DNA of 54,261 nt from positions 1-54,261 of IMG/VR virus record IMGVR_UViG_3300048822_000004. One strand, 5' to 3'. Each line of letters begins with the position of its first letter. Within the stretch, counting starts at the first letter, position 1. The notes beneath the pieces were generated by a model that was not told the origin of the DNA, ran no database searches, and saw only the letters and a list, made by a program, of their open reading frames with translations. Positions 45,869 through 54,122 of the stretch are shown one piece after another. The translations under genes and the position numbers were made by a program. The DNA is from a virus. Its lineage: Duplodnaviria; Caudoviricetes.

Positions 45869-47752
45869 GTGGCAATTCAATCCGGCACCACAGATCTAGG
45901 CTCTAATATAGGCAATGGCACGGAAGGTGTCATAAGTATTAATGGCCTTGAAGGCGCATTATCGCTAATGCCAGGAACTGGAATAGCAATTACTACTTCT
46001 GGCTCAAATATAATTATATCTAATACTGAGGCCGGTGGTTCTGTAACGAACTTCTCTTTCGTTAATGGCGGAGGCTTTACAGGTACCGTAACTAATCCTA
46101 CTACGACTCCTGCCTTGTCCCTAACAGGTACATTATCTGGTGATGTAACAGGACCGCTCACGGCTACAGCACTTACAGCTACTACTAATAGCACACTCAC
46201 AACACTTTCGGCATTGTCATTGCCTGGATCTCAAGTCACCGGTAATATCGCAGGCAATGCCGGTAATATTACAGCCACGACTAACTCGACTTTAACTACA
46301 TTATCTGCTTTAAGCCTTCCCACTTCACAGCTAACAGGAATTCTTACTATAGCTCATGGCGGTACGGGGCTAGGCACGGCACCTTCTAATGGCCAACTCC
46401 TAATAGGAAACGGGACAGGATACACACAGTCCACGCTTACGGCTGGGTCGGGTGTATCAATAGTTAACGGCGCAGGCTCTATAACACTGTCTGCTACAGG
46501 ATCGGGCGGTACTGTAACGTCTGTATCGGTAGCTTCAGCTAATGGTTTTGCCGGTACTGTCGCTAACCCTACCACTACTCCTGCCTTGACTTTATCTACA
46601 ACAGTTACTGGTATTCTGTACGGTAATGGCACGTCTGTTGCAACTGCTGTGGCTGGTAACTTTCCTACTTTGAACCAAAACACGACAGGAACTGCTGCGA
46701 ATATAACAGCAACAACGAATAGCACGCTCACTACATTGTCGGCTCTTAGTCTTCCTACTTCACAACTCACCGGTGTGCTTCCAATAGCAAACGGCGGAAC
46801 TGGAACGACTACATCTACTGGCACAGGATCAGTAGTACTATCGAACAGTCCTACACTTGTAACACCTGCCCTGGGGACTCCGGCATCTGGCGTGGCTACT
46901 AACTTGACCGGCCTTCCTTTGACAACAGGTGTTACGGGAACTTTAGCTCCAGCTAATGGCGGTACTGGATCTACAGCAGTACCGACTAACGGTCAATTAT
47001 TGATTGGTAACGGAACTACTTATACAACGGCAACTTTAGGAACAGGCACGAATGTCACGGCTACTGCCGGGGCCGGTACTTTATCTTTAGGCGCTAAAGG
47101 GCTATTAGTTTCTGTAACTACTCTTACTTCAGGGACGACATTCACTACAGCTGCTGGTGTTACTAGTATATATGCGACTCTTATTGGTGGTGGTGGAGGA
47201 GGCGCAAGCGCTAATTCTACAGGAACAGGGCAAGGATCAGCGGGCGGAGGAGGCGGAGGTGCGGGTTCTGTAGAAACTGGACTATTAACTGTTACGCCTT
47301 CTACGGCATATACAATAGCCATAGGTGCTGGTGGAGCAGGCGGAGCAGCTGGTGGTGCTAATGCAGGAGCTACAGGAGGCAACACTACTCTTACTGTAGG
47401 CGCTACTACCTATACGGCTTCTGGAGGCGTAGGCGGCGCGGCTAGTGTTAGTTCTGCTGGCATTACAGGGGCTACAGGAGGAGCAGGTGGCGCAGCAACT
47501 AATGGTTTAGTAAATATCCCAGGACAAACAGGATTTTCTAGTTTAATAGATGGAAATACTTATGTAACTAGCGGAGCAGGTGGTGGCGGCGCTACTTATG
47601 GTTTTGGCGGTAGTCAAATATCGCCTACAGCTGCAGGAGCGGCTGGTGTGGGACACGGTTCGGGAGGCTCAGGCGGTGCGGCAGTTAACACGAATTCAGT
47701 GGCGGGTGGAGCAGGTAGTAATGGTCTTATAATCATCTACCAATATACATAA
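45869..47752 (+). CDS. Tail fibre with glycine-rich C-terminal domain
   Basis: A.GGTG and GQLLIGNG repeats; three copies of TATTNSTLTTLSALSLP; glycine-rich domain. Confidence 0.75.
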   Translation: MAIQSGTTDLGSNIGNGTEGVISINGLEGALSLMPGTGIAITTSGSNIIISNTEAGGSVTNFSFVNGGGFTGTVTNPTTTPALSLTGTLSGDVTGPLTATALTATTNSTLTTLSALSLPGSQVTGNIAGNAGNITATTNSTLTTLSALSLPTSQLTGILTIAHGGTGLGTAPSNGQLLIGNGTGYTQSTLTAGSGVSIVNGAGSITLSATGSGGTVTSVSVASANGFAGTVANPTTTPALTLSTTVTGILYGNGTSVATAVAGNFPTLNQNTTGTAANITATTNSTLTTLSALSLPTSQLTGVLPIANGGTGTTTSTGTGSVVLSNSPTLVTPALGTPASGVATNLTGLPLTTGVTGTLAPANGGTGSTAVPTNGQLLIGNGTTYTTATLGTGTNVTATAGAGTLSLGAKGLLVSVTTLTSGTTFTTAAGVTSIYATLIGGGGGGASANSTGTGQGSAGGGGGGAGSVETGLLTVTPSTAYTIAIGAGGAGGAAGGANAGATGGNTTLTVGATTYTASGGVGGAASVSSAGITGATGGAGGAATNGLVNIPGQTGFSSLIDGNTYVTSGAGGGGATYGFGGSQISPTAAGAAGVGHGSGGSGGAAVNTNSVAGGAGSNGLIIIYQYT

Positions 47753-47943
47753 TGGTTTATATATACGCTAAAATATTGAATGGATTAGTTATTAATATGC
47801 AGCTTTGTCAACCCACGGATTATTTTGATCCCGCATATATTTGGGTTCAAATCACTACCCAAGTATGCACGGATGGCAGTCCTATACAAATAGGCTGCAC
47901 TACTACAGATAACGTAAACTTTAACCCGCCTACGGGCTATTAA
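47752..47943 (+). CDS. Probable tail-fibre assembly/accessory protein
   Basis: YA.I.NG.V.N...IG......F.PP pattern directly after a fibre gene. Confidence 0.6.
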   Translation: MVYIYAKILNGLVINMQLCQPTDYFDPAYIWVQITTQVCTDGSPIQIGCTTTDNVNFNPPTGY

Positions 47944-47949
47944 GGATAT

Positions 47950-48276
47950 ATGAATACCCAGCAAGAATCAGTAATGAACGGATTAAATACAGACCAATGC
48001 GCTGTACCATCTGCAGGTATGTACTCACTGACAGTGAGATCTACTCTAATACCGGCGTCTGGTATTGTAATAACAGCGACACAGACTGGAAGTACAACGA
48101 CGACTTTTACGTCTGCAACTACCTCGCCTGTCTCACCAGATAATCAGCTTACCGCTCAATTTAATTGTGCAGCGGGTGATATAATCACGGTTGCTGTTAC
48201 ATCTAGTACGGCATTTCCTGCCGACCAGCCGCCCAGCCTTCTTAAAACAACTATTAACTTAAGACAAGGACGCTAA
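47950..48276 (+). CDS. Small beta-rich virion protein (paralog family)
   Basis: NGL...AGDIITVAVTSS...DQ. Confidence 0.62.
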   Translation: MNTQQESVMNGLNTDQCAVPSAGMYSLTVRSTLIPASGIVITATQTGSTTTTFTSATTSPVSPDNQLTAQFNCAAGDIITVAVTSSTAFPADQPPSLLKTTINLRQGR

Positions 48277-48277
48277 T

Positions 48278-48634
48278 ATGGCCACGATAGTAATTCCAAA
48301 CTTTAATACTGCTAAATCATATGTAGGACTCAATTCCTATGTATACACGGTAACACAGGCGGGTGTATCAACCGCAACGCTACAAGTAAGTCCTAGAGCC
48401 AGTTCCACTCTAACAGCATCTATAACTCAGGCAGGAAGCGCTACAGCGAGTTCATCTGTTACACTTAACAGCATCCCCACCACGAATCCGAGTCATATAT
48501 GCACAGTACGGCTTACAATGAATTTAGCCGTGGGTGACACCGTTACGTACGCGCTGACTTCCTCTACTCCTATAGACCAAGAATTAAACACGACTGAAAC
48601 TATTATTAACTTCCTTCAAGGCCAAGTGAACTAA
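48278..48634 (+). CDS. Small beta-rich virion protein (paralog family)
   Basis: VGL...GDTVTYALTSSTPIDQELN. Confidence 0.62.
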   Translation: MATIVIPNFNTAKSYVGLNSYVYTVTQAGVSTATLQVSPRASSTLTASITQAGSATASSSVTLNSIPTTNPSHICTVRLTMNLAVGDTVTYALTSSTPIDQELNTTETIINFLQGQVN

Positions 48635-48638
48635 TGCC

Positions 48639-48845
48639 ATGGACGACAAAAGACTAGATCGTATTGAAAATAGGCTTGATTCCATAGATTACAACTTAGA
48701 AAAACATATGAAGCGCTCAGATAATCTTGAAGAACAAATCAAGCCTATGAAAGAGCTTATGGTAGATATGAGGGCTTTTTATCGGGTTTTAAAGATATTA
48801 GCCGTAATAGCCACTATTGTAGAAGGATTTAGGCTGATCAAGTGA
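48639..48845 (+). CDS. Coiled-coil protein with C-terminal hydrophobic helix (XhlA/holin-like)
   Basis: RLDRIENRLDSID...; hydrophobic C-terminus. Confidence 0.55.
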   Translation: MDDKRLDRIENRLDSIDYNLEKHMKRSDNLEEQIKPMKELMVDMRAFYRVLKILAVIATIVEGFRLIK

Positions 48846-49069
48846 AACGCTGGCTAAAAGACCTATTTTCGGAATCTTCTGATATTTCTTCGATGAGAGT
48901 AATGGCCATGATAGCGTTATTCGCGTCTATTGGACTGGCTTTTACAGGGCATGACTCATCTGCACTGGTTTTTGTTGGTGCAGCTATGGGCGGTAAAGTT
49001 TCTCAAAAATACATAGAAGTAAATGGCGAAAAAAATACCACGGCTGAAGGTAGGAATGATGAAACATAA
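48842..49069 (+). CDS. Holin-like membrane protein
   Basis: SSMR followed by two hydrophobic segments, then GK..QK..E. Confidence 0.6.
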   Translation: MKRWLKDLFSESSDISSMRVMAMIALFASIGLAFTGHDSSALVFVGAAMGGKVSQKYIEVNGEKNTTAEGRNDET

Positions 49070-49805
49070 GATCACTAAAGACGAAATAGTATTGATGACA
49101 CTCGCGTCGGTGTGTATCATATTAGCATTATGTTTCTTTCTGACATCTTGCACTAAAGCCAAGAATGTTTCTTCTGACGCATATATACGAGATAGAGTAC
49201 TTCAGCTTAAAGGAGCGAGAGGCACATGCACTGGAATACAGGTAAAAGCTCCTAGCGGTAACGTATACACACTTACGGCTGGTCATTGCAAGGAAATCCT
49301 AGACGAGGATAACAGTGCCATGTCTATCGATGAGCAAGGCAACGAAAAAAGAATTTATATGTTAGACATAGACGAAGGTATGGATCTCATGCTTATGACG
49401 TCTCCTAACGTTAAAAGCATTGAAATAGCCAAAAAGACCATGAAACACGAGCATGTCCACACGTTGACACACGGGCATATGCATGAAACCTATCGTACGG
49501 ATGGCGAACTATTAGAGGAGCAGAAGCTTCAAGTACCTGAAGATATCGTTATTACGGAGTTAGACGCCAAACAATGTGAGGCTCGTCAATTCCACGAAAC
49601 CGTAGATGCAGGCTTTGTAATTCTTTGCGTTCGTGACTTCTACGAAACCATGATGACAGCCCAGGTATACCCTGGAAGCAGCGGCGGTCCTGTTTTAGAC
49701 GATAGTGGCAAACTAGTAGGTATAGTATCTATATCAGAAGCAGGAACTATCTATAGTGGTGCCGTACAGTTACATCAAATCCAGTCATTTCTTAAGACTA
49801 GATAA
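49056..49805 (+). CDS. Trypsin-like (S1) serine protease, probable lipoprotein
   Basis: LTAGHC, D, PGSSGGP; lipobox LTSC. Confidence 0.88.
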   Translation: MMKHKITKDEIVLMTLASVCIILALCFFLTSCTKAKNVSSDAYIRDRVLQLKGARGTCTGIQVKAPSGNVYTLTAGHCKEILDEDNSAMSIDEQGNEKRIYMLDIDEGMDLMLMTSPNVKSIEIAKKTMKHEHVHTLTHGHMHETYRTDGELLEEQKLQVPEDIVITELDAKQCEARQFHETVDAGFVILCVRDFYETMMTAQVYPGSSGGPVLDDSGKLVGIVSISEAGTIYSGAVQLHQIQSFLKTR

Positions 49806-50354
49806 TTAAAATTGTATTAAACTGTAGAAATCTACAGGCGCATTATTAACTAACGCTTCAACATATGCAGATTCGTTAAGTCCCAGCATACTACCTTCTT
49901 CAGTATTAAATGCATATGGATACATTATACTGAGCGGCTGCCCGTAAGTAAAGTCAAATATATGTCCATAATGAAATATACAATGTCCTAATTCATGGAA
50001 GACTATTTGTTCTTTAAGTATATCGCTGTCCTGTATGCTAGCCCAGTATACAGGATCTATCCTAATCTCTGCTTGAATATCGTTGTAAATACATTCTCCT
50101 ACCAAATCAGAACCTTCTATCGAAGTAGTAAATCCGGCTGACACGTAATACGTAGGAAACCCAGTCTCGGATACAAACCTTTCAAAATAAGGCTCTATAG
50201 CGGGATCTACGCCCTGAAACATAGCTATATTAGGACTTACAGGATTCCAGTAATTACAACCTGATAAAAATACTAGTAATATTAATGCGAATGCGCCGCA
50301 GGCCATCATCCAAAAAAGTGCGCGCATAAAATCGCGTTTAAATTCATCGTCCAC
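49806..50354 (-). CDS. Zn-metalloprotease (metzincin-like) lipoprotein
   Basis: Lipobox LSGC; HELGHCIFHYGH; SIMYP Met-turn. Confidence 0.82.
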   Translation of the reverse strand: MDDEFKRDFMRALFWMMACGAFALILLVFLSGCNYWNPVSPNIAMFQGVDPAIEPYFERFVSETGFPTYYVSAGFTTSIEGSDLVGECIYNDIQAEIRIDPVYWASIQDSDILKEQIVFHELGHCIFHYGHIFDFTYGQPLSIMYPYAFNTEEGSMLGLNESAYVEALVNNAPVDFYSLIQF

Positions 50355-50425
50355 AAACTTCTACCTATTAGGTCGCTATTTAAAAACCCGCTTACAATGC
50401 TTGTTTAATATATCGAAAAATCATA

Positions 50426-50668
50426 TTAAGAATTCTCGTCTTTTTTAACATGTGCTGCTGACAATGCAGCTGTTTCTAATTCTTTCAAAAGTTCTTTGGC
50501 TTGCCAGATAACATCTTCGCATCCTTGCAATGGATGAATATGGGTCTCGGCTGCGCCTATGAGACGATCTAATCTTGCTATTGCTACTTCTAGCTTCGAT
50601 TCGCGTAAAGGATTATTTCTGACGGCCCAGTCAGCCCATTTAAAGCTATCCTTACTCATCTTTGGCAC
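50426..50668 (-). CDS. Hypothetical protein
   Basis: ORF in the minus-strand operon; start uncertain. Confidence 0.45.
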   Translation of the reverse strand: MPKMSKDSFKWADWAVRNNPLRESKLEVAIARLDRLIGAAETHIHPLQGCEDVIWQAKELLKELETAALSAAHVKKDENS

Positions 50669-50727
50669 CTGCTGATGAAAATTCTTTTGGTTTGCTCATC
50701 GCATCAACTCCTGCGTCTTAGACTGTT

Positions 50728-51114
50728 TTATTCAATAACCAAAGTAAACTCATTCACATTATCTTGTAATTCCATGAACTTTGCAAATGTTAATTCACTA
50801 TTCATAATCATATCGCCATTTTTTTGATCGCCTACCAAAATACAACCGTCGCTATCTGAGTTGTAATTCCCGATATGAATCAATATTCCAGTCACAGGCT
50901 TACCTTCAAAATCCGGTACGTTTTGAAGTTCGAAAGTCTTGTAAGGCAGCCGATTCGGCGCGTGTCTAAGGCATGTATACGTACCAGGAGCTACTTTCGG
51001 AGTTCCGTTGAAACTATGTTCTAAAGTAACTCCTATTTTATTGCCTTTATCATCATACATTTCCCCAAACACGCCATTCGGGGAAAATTCTTCTCTTTTA
51101 ATAGTAATGTCCAT
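50728..51114 (-). CDS. DUF5675-like endolysin / L,D-peptidase-like protein
   Basis: TLE...PG.Y...VP...GILIH.GN...DSDGCILVG. Confidence 0.8.
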   Translation of the reverse strand: MDITIKREEFSPNGVFGEMYDDKGNKIGVTLEHSFNGTPKVAPGTYTCLRHAPNRLPYKTFELQNVPDFEGKPVTGILIHIGNYNSDSDGCILVGDQKNGDMIMNSELTFAKFMELQDNVNEFTLVIE

Positions 51115-51121
51115 ATATCAC

Positions 51122-51157
51122 CTAGTGTGTAAAAGCCGAAGCCGGTACAGGGTTCAT
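51122..51157 (-). pseudogene. 11-codon remnant MNPVPASAFTH
   Basis: Matches the C-terminus PVPAFAFTH of 51727..52395; has an RBS. Confidence 0.6.
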
Positions 51158-51175
51158 AGATACTCCTAGAATTAA
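51153..51175. repeat. 23-bp direct repeat (second copy at 51708..51730)
   Basis: TTCATAGATACTCCTAGAATTAA identical at both sites. Confidence 0.9.
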
Positions 51176-51447
51176 ATCCCAGACCTAAACCTAGACCCAG
51201 ACCAAGACCCAGACCAAGACCCAGACCAAGACCCAGACCAAGACCCAAACCAAGACCCAAACCAAGACCCAGACCCAGACCCAGACCCAGACCCAGACTC
51301 AGACCAAGACCCAGACCCAGACCAAGACCCAGACCCAGACCTAGACCAAGACCTAGACCCAGACCCAGACTCAGACCTAGACCTAGACCCAGGCCAAGAC
51401 CCAGACCCAGACCTAGACCTATTTCGGTAACTTTTAGGACTAACCAT
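51172..51447 (-). CDS. Low-complexity (S-G/S-R/S-W)n protein encoded by hexamer repeats
   Basis: AGACC(C/A/T) tandem array; ATG 51447 overlaps the upstream gene end. Confidence 0.6.
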   Translation of the reverse strand: MVSPKSYRNRSRSGSGSWPGSRSRSESGSGSRSWSRSGSGSWSGSGSWSESGSGSGSGSGSWFGSWFGSWSGSWSGSWSGSWSGSRFRSGI

Positions 51448-51712
51448 TTTTAGACTTTCCAAATGATTCGATTAGATTAGTTTGTACATACCATTCTTTA
51501 GTATGAAGCTTCTGAATATCTGCGTAATTTTTATCAGACCATGTTCCTGTAGCGTATACGATGGCAGGATCTTTTAATTTAACAAAAGTTTTATTAACTC
51601 CTGTAAGTTTTCCTTCATAAAAATATCCGGCGCACATAAGTAGTACGCGTTCGCCTAACAACGCGTCTAATCCTTCTCCTTCAACTTCTTGAACTTGAAC
51701 TAGTTTTTTCAT
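51440..51712 (-). CDS. Sm/LSm-like small beta-barrel protein
   Basis: L..LLGERV......YFYEGKL.GV....V.L.D; RBS AGGAG. Confidence 0.65.
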   Translation of the reverse strand: MKKLVQVQEVEGEGLDALLGERVLLMCAGYFYEGKLTGVNKTFVKLKDPAIVYATGTWSDKNYADIQKLHTKEWYVQTNLIESFGKSKNG

Positions 51713-51726
51713 AGATACTCCTAGAA

Positions 51727-52395
51727 TTAATGAGTGAAAGCAAAAGCCGGTACTGGAGATAAAGTTCCCAACCCGGCGTTAGTCGGCCCTTGCCACTTCA
51801 ACGTGAGGCCAATCTGGGTCGGCAAGCTTTGGAAGTACAATAGATTAAATTTATGTTGACCTGCAAATAACTGTACATTATTAACCACAGTCGTTGGATA
51901 GTCTTGAGATTCCGGCATGTTGATGAGCACGACGTTATCAATAGCTAGCTCAGAACCGTCATCACTAGACAATGAAAATGTGTAGAGTCCAGTTTCAGAT
52001 ACTGAAATATATCCATAACAATCCAAAGCCCAGTTAGTAGTACCTAATTCGGTGGCTTGCGTAGGTGTAATACCATTAAACACAGCCGTGTCTAAAGTCT
52101 GTGGATTATCAAGACTAGGTAAAACGGCATCTGTAAACAACAACGTGCCAGTAGAATACAAAGTGTCCCAGTTTACTGTGCCTTGATACGAAGCCGTAGT
52201 AATGGCATATCCATCACACGCGATGCCAGGGCTAATGCCGCTATTTCCTTGAGGGCCGGTAGCTCCTACCGCGCCTTGAGGACCTGTCGCGCCAATAGAA
52301 CCTGCAGGCCCGGTAGGACCAGCCGGAATTGACTGGAATGAGTCGTCTGCACATCCCATAAGACCTAACGCTAAAATCACTATTACTGTTTTCAT
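51727..52395 (-). CDS. Lipoprotein with collagen-like repeats and a PA14 domain
   Basis: Lipobox LMGC; (G-x-y)n; G.YTF.L.SDDGS.L.ID, G.H...L.YFQ, L.W.GP. Confidence 0.85.
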   Translation of the reverse strand: MKTVIVILALGLMGCADDSFQSIPAGPTGPAGSIGATGPQGAVGATGPQGNSGISPGIACDGYAITTASYQGTVNWDTLYSTGTLLFTDAVLPSLDNPQTLDTAVFNGITPTQATELGTTNWALDCYGYISVSETGLYTFSLSSDDGSELAIDNVVLINMPESQDYPTTVVNNVQLFAGQHKFNLLYFQSLPTQIGLTLKWQGPTNAGLGTLSPVPAFAFTH

Positions 52396-53411
52396 ATTCC
52401 CTCCTTGTGGGTCAGTTCTAACTTTAAAGGAGTTACACCGTATTCGTCAAGGAGAATCTTTTTCTGGGCATTATAATGTCTCATTAAAAACCTATGGCTT
52501 CTATCCTTGAATATAATTACTTTGGCGGATGTTTTATCTTGATACTTTCTTACTGCCCTACCTATTTGTTGCTGAAACTGACTTTTGGCTTTGCCTAGAC
52601 CTGCTATTACTACATACTCGCACGGCTTAGTGTCTATGCCCTCTCCTAGTATGCCTGTAGTACCTATGAGTGTCTTTATTCCGCCATTATTGAATTGGCG
52701 GATATAATCCCTGGATTCTTCGTCTTCGCCCGATATGAAAGGAAAGCCCGTGAGCTCAGACAGTATCTTTCCATGAGCTACCTCTTTTACTAAGCATAGC
52801 GTGGGAGCGTCTAACCGACCTAACAACGCGCCTATCATGATATTCCTGGTTTCATTATTTATTACAAGATTGTCATAGACTTCTCGGTATGTAAAGGCAT
52901 CTGTGGCTTGTTTAGGCACTTCTAGGTAATAGGCTTCTACTGGAACTATATAACCTCTAGTTATGGCATCTATATAGTTTAGCTTATAGATTACTTCTCC
53001 GCAGATGGCCTCAAAAAGCAAGGTTTCCTCGTCGTCGTTTCTGAAAGGTGTCGCAGTAAGCATGAAGCGGTAGTAGATGCCTCCCCAAACCCTTTTATTT
53101 AGCCTGCGGTACGTTTTAGCAGCTGCATGGTGTGCCTCGTCTAAGATCAATACAGAGAATCTCATGGTGAGGCTATTAAGGGCGTTAGAATCGATATTTT
53201 CAACAGTTACATAATTGAGATCAGATAGAACGTATTGCATTTGGCGTTTTATCTCAAGCGTTGGTACTACTACTAAAGTAGGAAGTCCTAGAGCTTCTAT
53301 AATCATGCGCGCTACATGGGTTTTACCAGTGCCCGTAGGCATTGATATAATGCCTCTGTGATGTTTTAATGCTGCCTTTACGGCTTTATTTTGATCTAAG
53401 TAAGGCTTCAT
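52392..53411 (-). CDS. SF2 DEAH helicase core (UvsW-like)
   Basis: PTGTGKT, DEAH, TAT, EGID, QQIGRAVR. Confidence 0.92.
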   Translation of the reverse strand: MKPYLDQNKAVKAALKHHRGIISMPTGTGKTHVARMIIEALGLPTLVVVPTLEIKRQMQYVLSDLNYVTVENIDSNALNSLTMRFSVLILDEAHHAAAKTYRRLNKRVWGGIYYRFMLTATPFRNDDEETLLFEAICGEVIYKLNYIDAITRGYIVPVEAYYLEVPKQATDAFTYREVYDNLVINNETRNIMIGALLGRLDAPTLCLVKEVAHGKILSELTGFPFISGEDEESRDYIRQFNNGGIKTLIGTTGILGEGIDTKPCEYVVIAGLGKAKSQFQQQIGRAVRKYQDKTSAKVIIFKDRSHRFLMRHYNAQKKILLDEYGVTPLKLELTHKEGI

Positions 53412-53640
53412 CTATGTCGTATATAATGTTTTCTAGTTTGGTGCCATGGTATTCTGTATCTTCTTTAGCAATACTGTAAGATGCCCAGCTTTCTTCCTTT
53501 GTAACTGTATTTTCAGAGTCGTATATGTACTTATAAAATACTCTATTTTCTTCTTTTTCGATACGAGTCACTTCGTATATAATAAACCTATTAACTGGCA
53601 CTTTAAACCAATAGCGAATACCGACTTTAAACTCTTTCAA
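53386..53640 (-). CDS. Small SH3-like protein with LENIIYDI tag
   Basis: FKVG..YW...; TKLENIIYDID near the C-terminus. Confidence 0.68.
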   Translation of the reverse strand: MKEFKVGIRYWFKVPVNRFIIYEVTRIEKEENRVFYKYIYDSENTVTKEESWASYSIAKEDTEYHGTKLENIIYDIDEALLRSK

Positions 53641-53891
53641 GGTTTTACTCTTAAATCATTGATTCTAAAGGATATTTTATTAGTAATTAGCCAAATCACT
53701 ACTCTATTGTAAAGCCCAGAAGGAAAGTCTCCTTTCCTACCAAGGAGGCTTCGCTTCTTAGGCCCATATTTAGAGAAATATCCACTCTTACCGCCTATGA
53801 CGTAGCTAAGCTCAGTCTTTAAGGACTTTTCTTGTTTAGCTGTTAAACCCTTAATACTACTGTAACTATTATCTATTTCTAATATAACCAT
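53637..53891 (-). CDS. Detached N-terminal domain of the helicase
   Basis: LSY...FPSGL..RV..WL.......I.D.R resembles the N-domain of UvsW-like helicases. Confidence 0.6.
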   Translation of the reverse strand: MVILEIDNSYSSIKGLTAKQEKSLKTELSYVIGGKSGYFSKYGPKKRSLLGRKGDFPSGLYNRVVIWLITNKISFRINDLRVKP

Positions 53892-53896
53892 GTCTA

Positions 53897-53925
53897 ATAA
53901 TACAATTATTTCGTTGTAAAGTCAA
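53897..53925 (-). promoter_or_regulatory. sigma70 promoter (leaderless)
   Basis: TTGACT-N17-TATTAT; ATG 5 nt downstream. Confidence 0.68.
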
Positions 53926-54050
53926 AATAAAGCTTGACAGCCTTGCGGACGGCTAGTACAACTAATGCATTGGCTTTTGCTTTACGCCTTTTTTTAATGT
54001 TTTTTGTTTCAAGTACCTATAACGCATCAGCATAGGCTTTAGAGACGACC

Positions 54051-54079
54051 TTGAAATTTAATAAAAATCATGATAGAGT
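54051..54079 (+). promoter_or_regulatory. Possible sigma70 promoter
   Basis: TTGAAA-N17-TAGAGT with extended TG; followed by mini-ORF MRVGQLYLYGGEK (54085..54126). Confidence 0.4.
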
Positions 54080-54122
54080 TGTTTATGAGAGTAGGACAAC
54101 TATACCTTTATGGAGGTGAGAA

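Noticed and set aside
37568-47752. Long antisense ORFs within ejection and fibre genes
   Set aside because: Codon-bias shadows of the + strand genes, with no recognisable motifs.
51176-51420. CRISPR array, or the GLGLGL ORF 51033..51260
   Set aside because: Simple hexamer tandem with no spacers; the GL ORF is another frame of the same repeat.
355-53891. Genome-wide stop-codon reassignment
   Set aside because: Core genes are intact in the standard code, and TAA, TAG and TGA all end genes.
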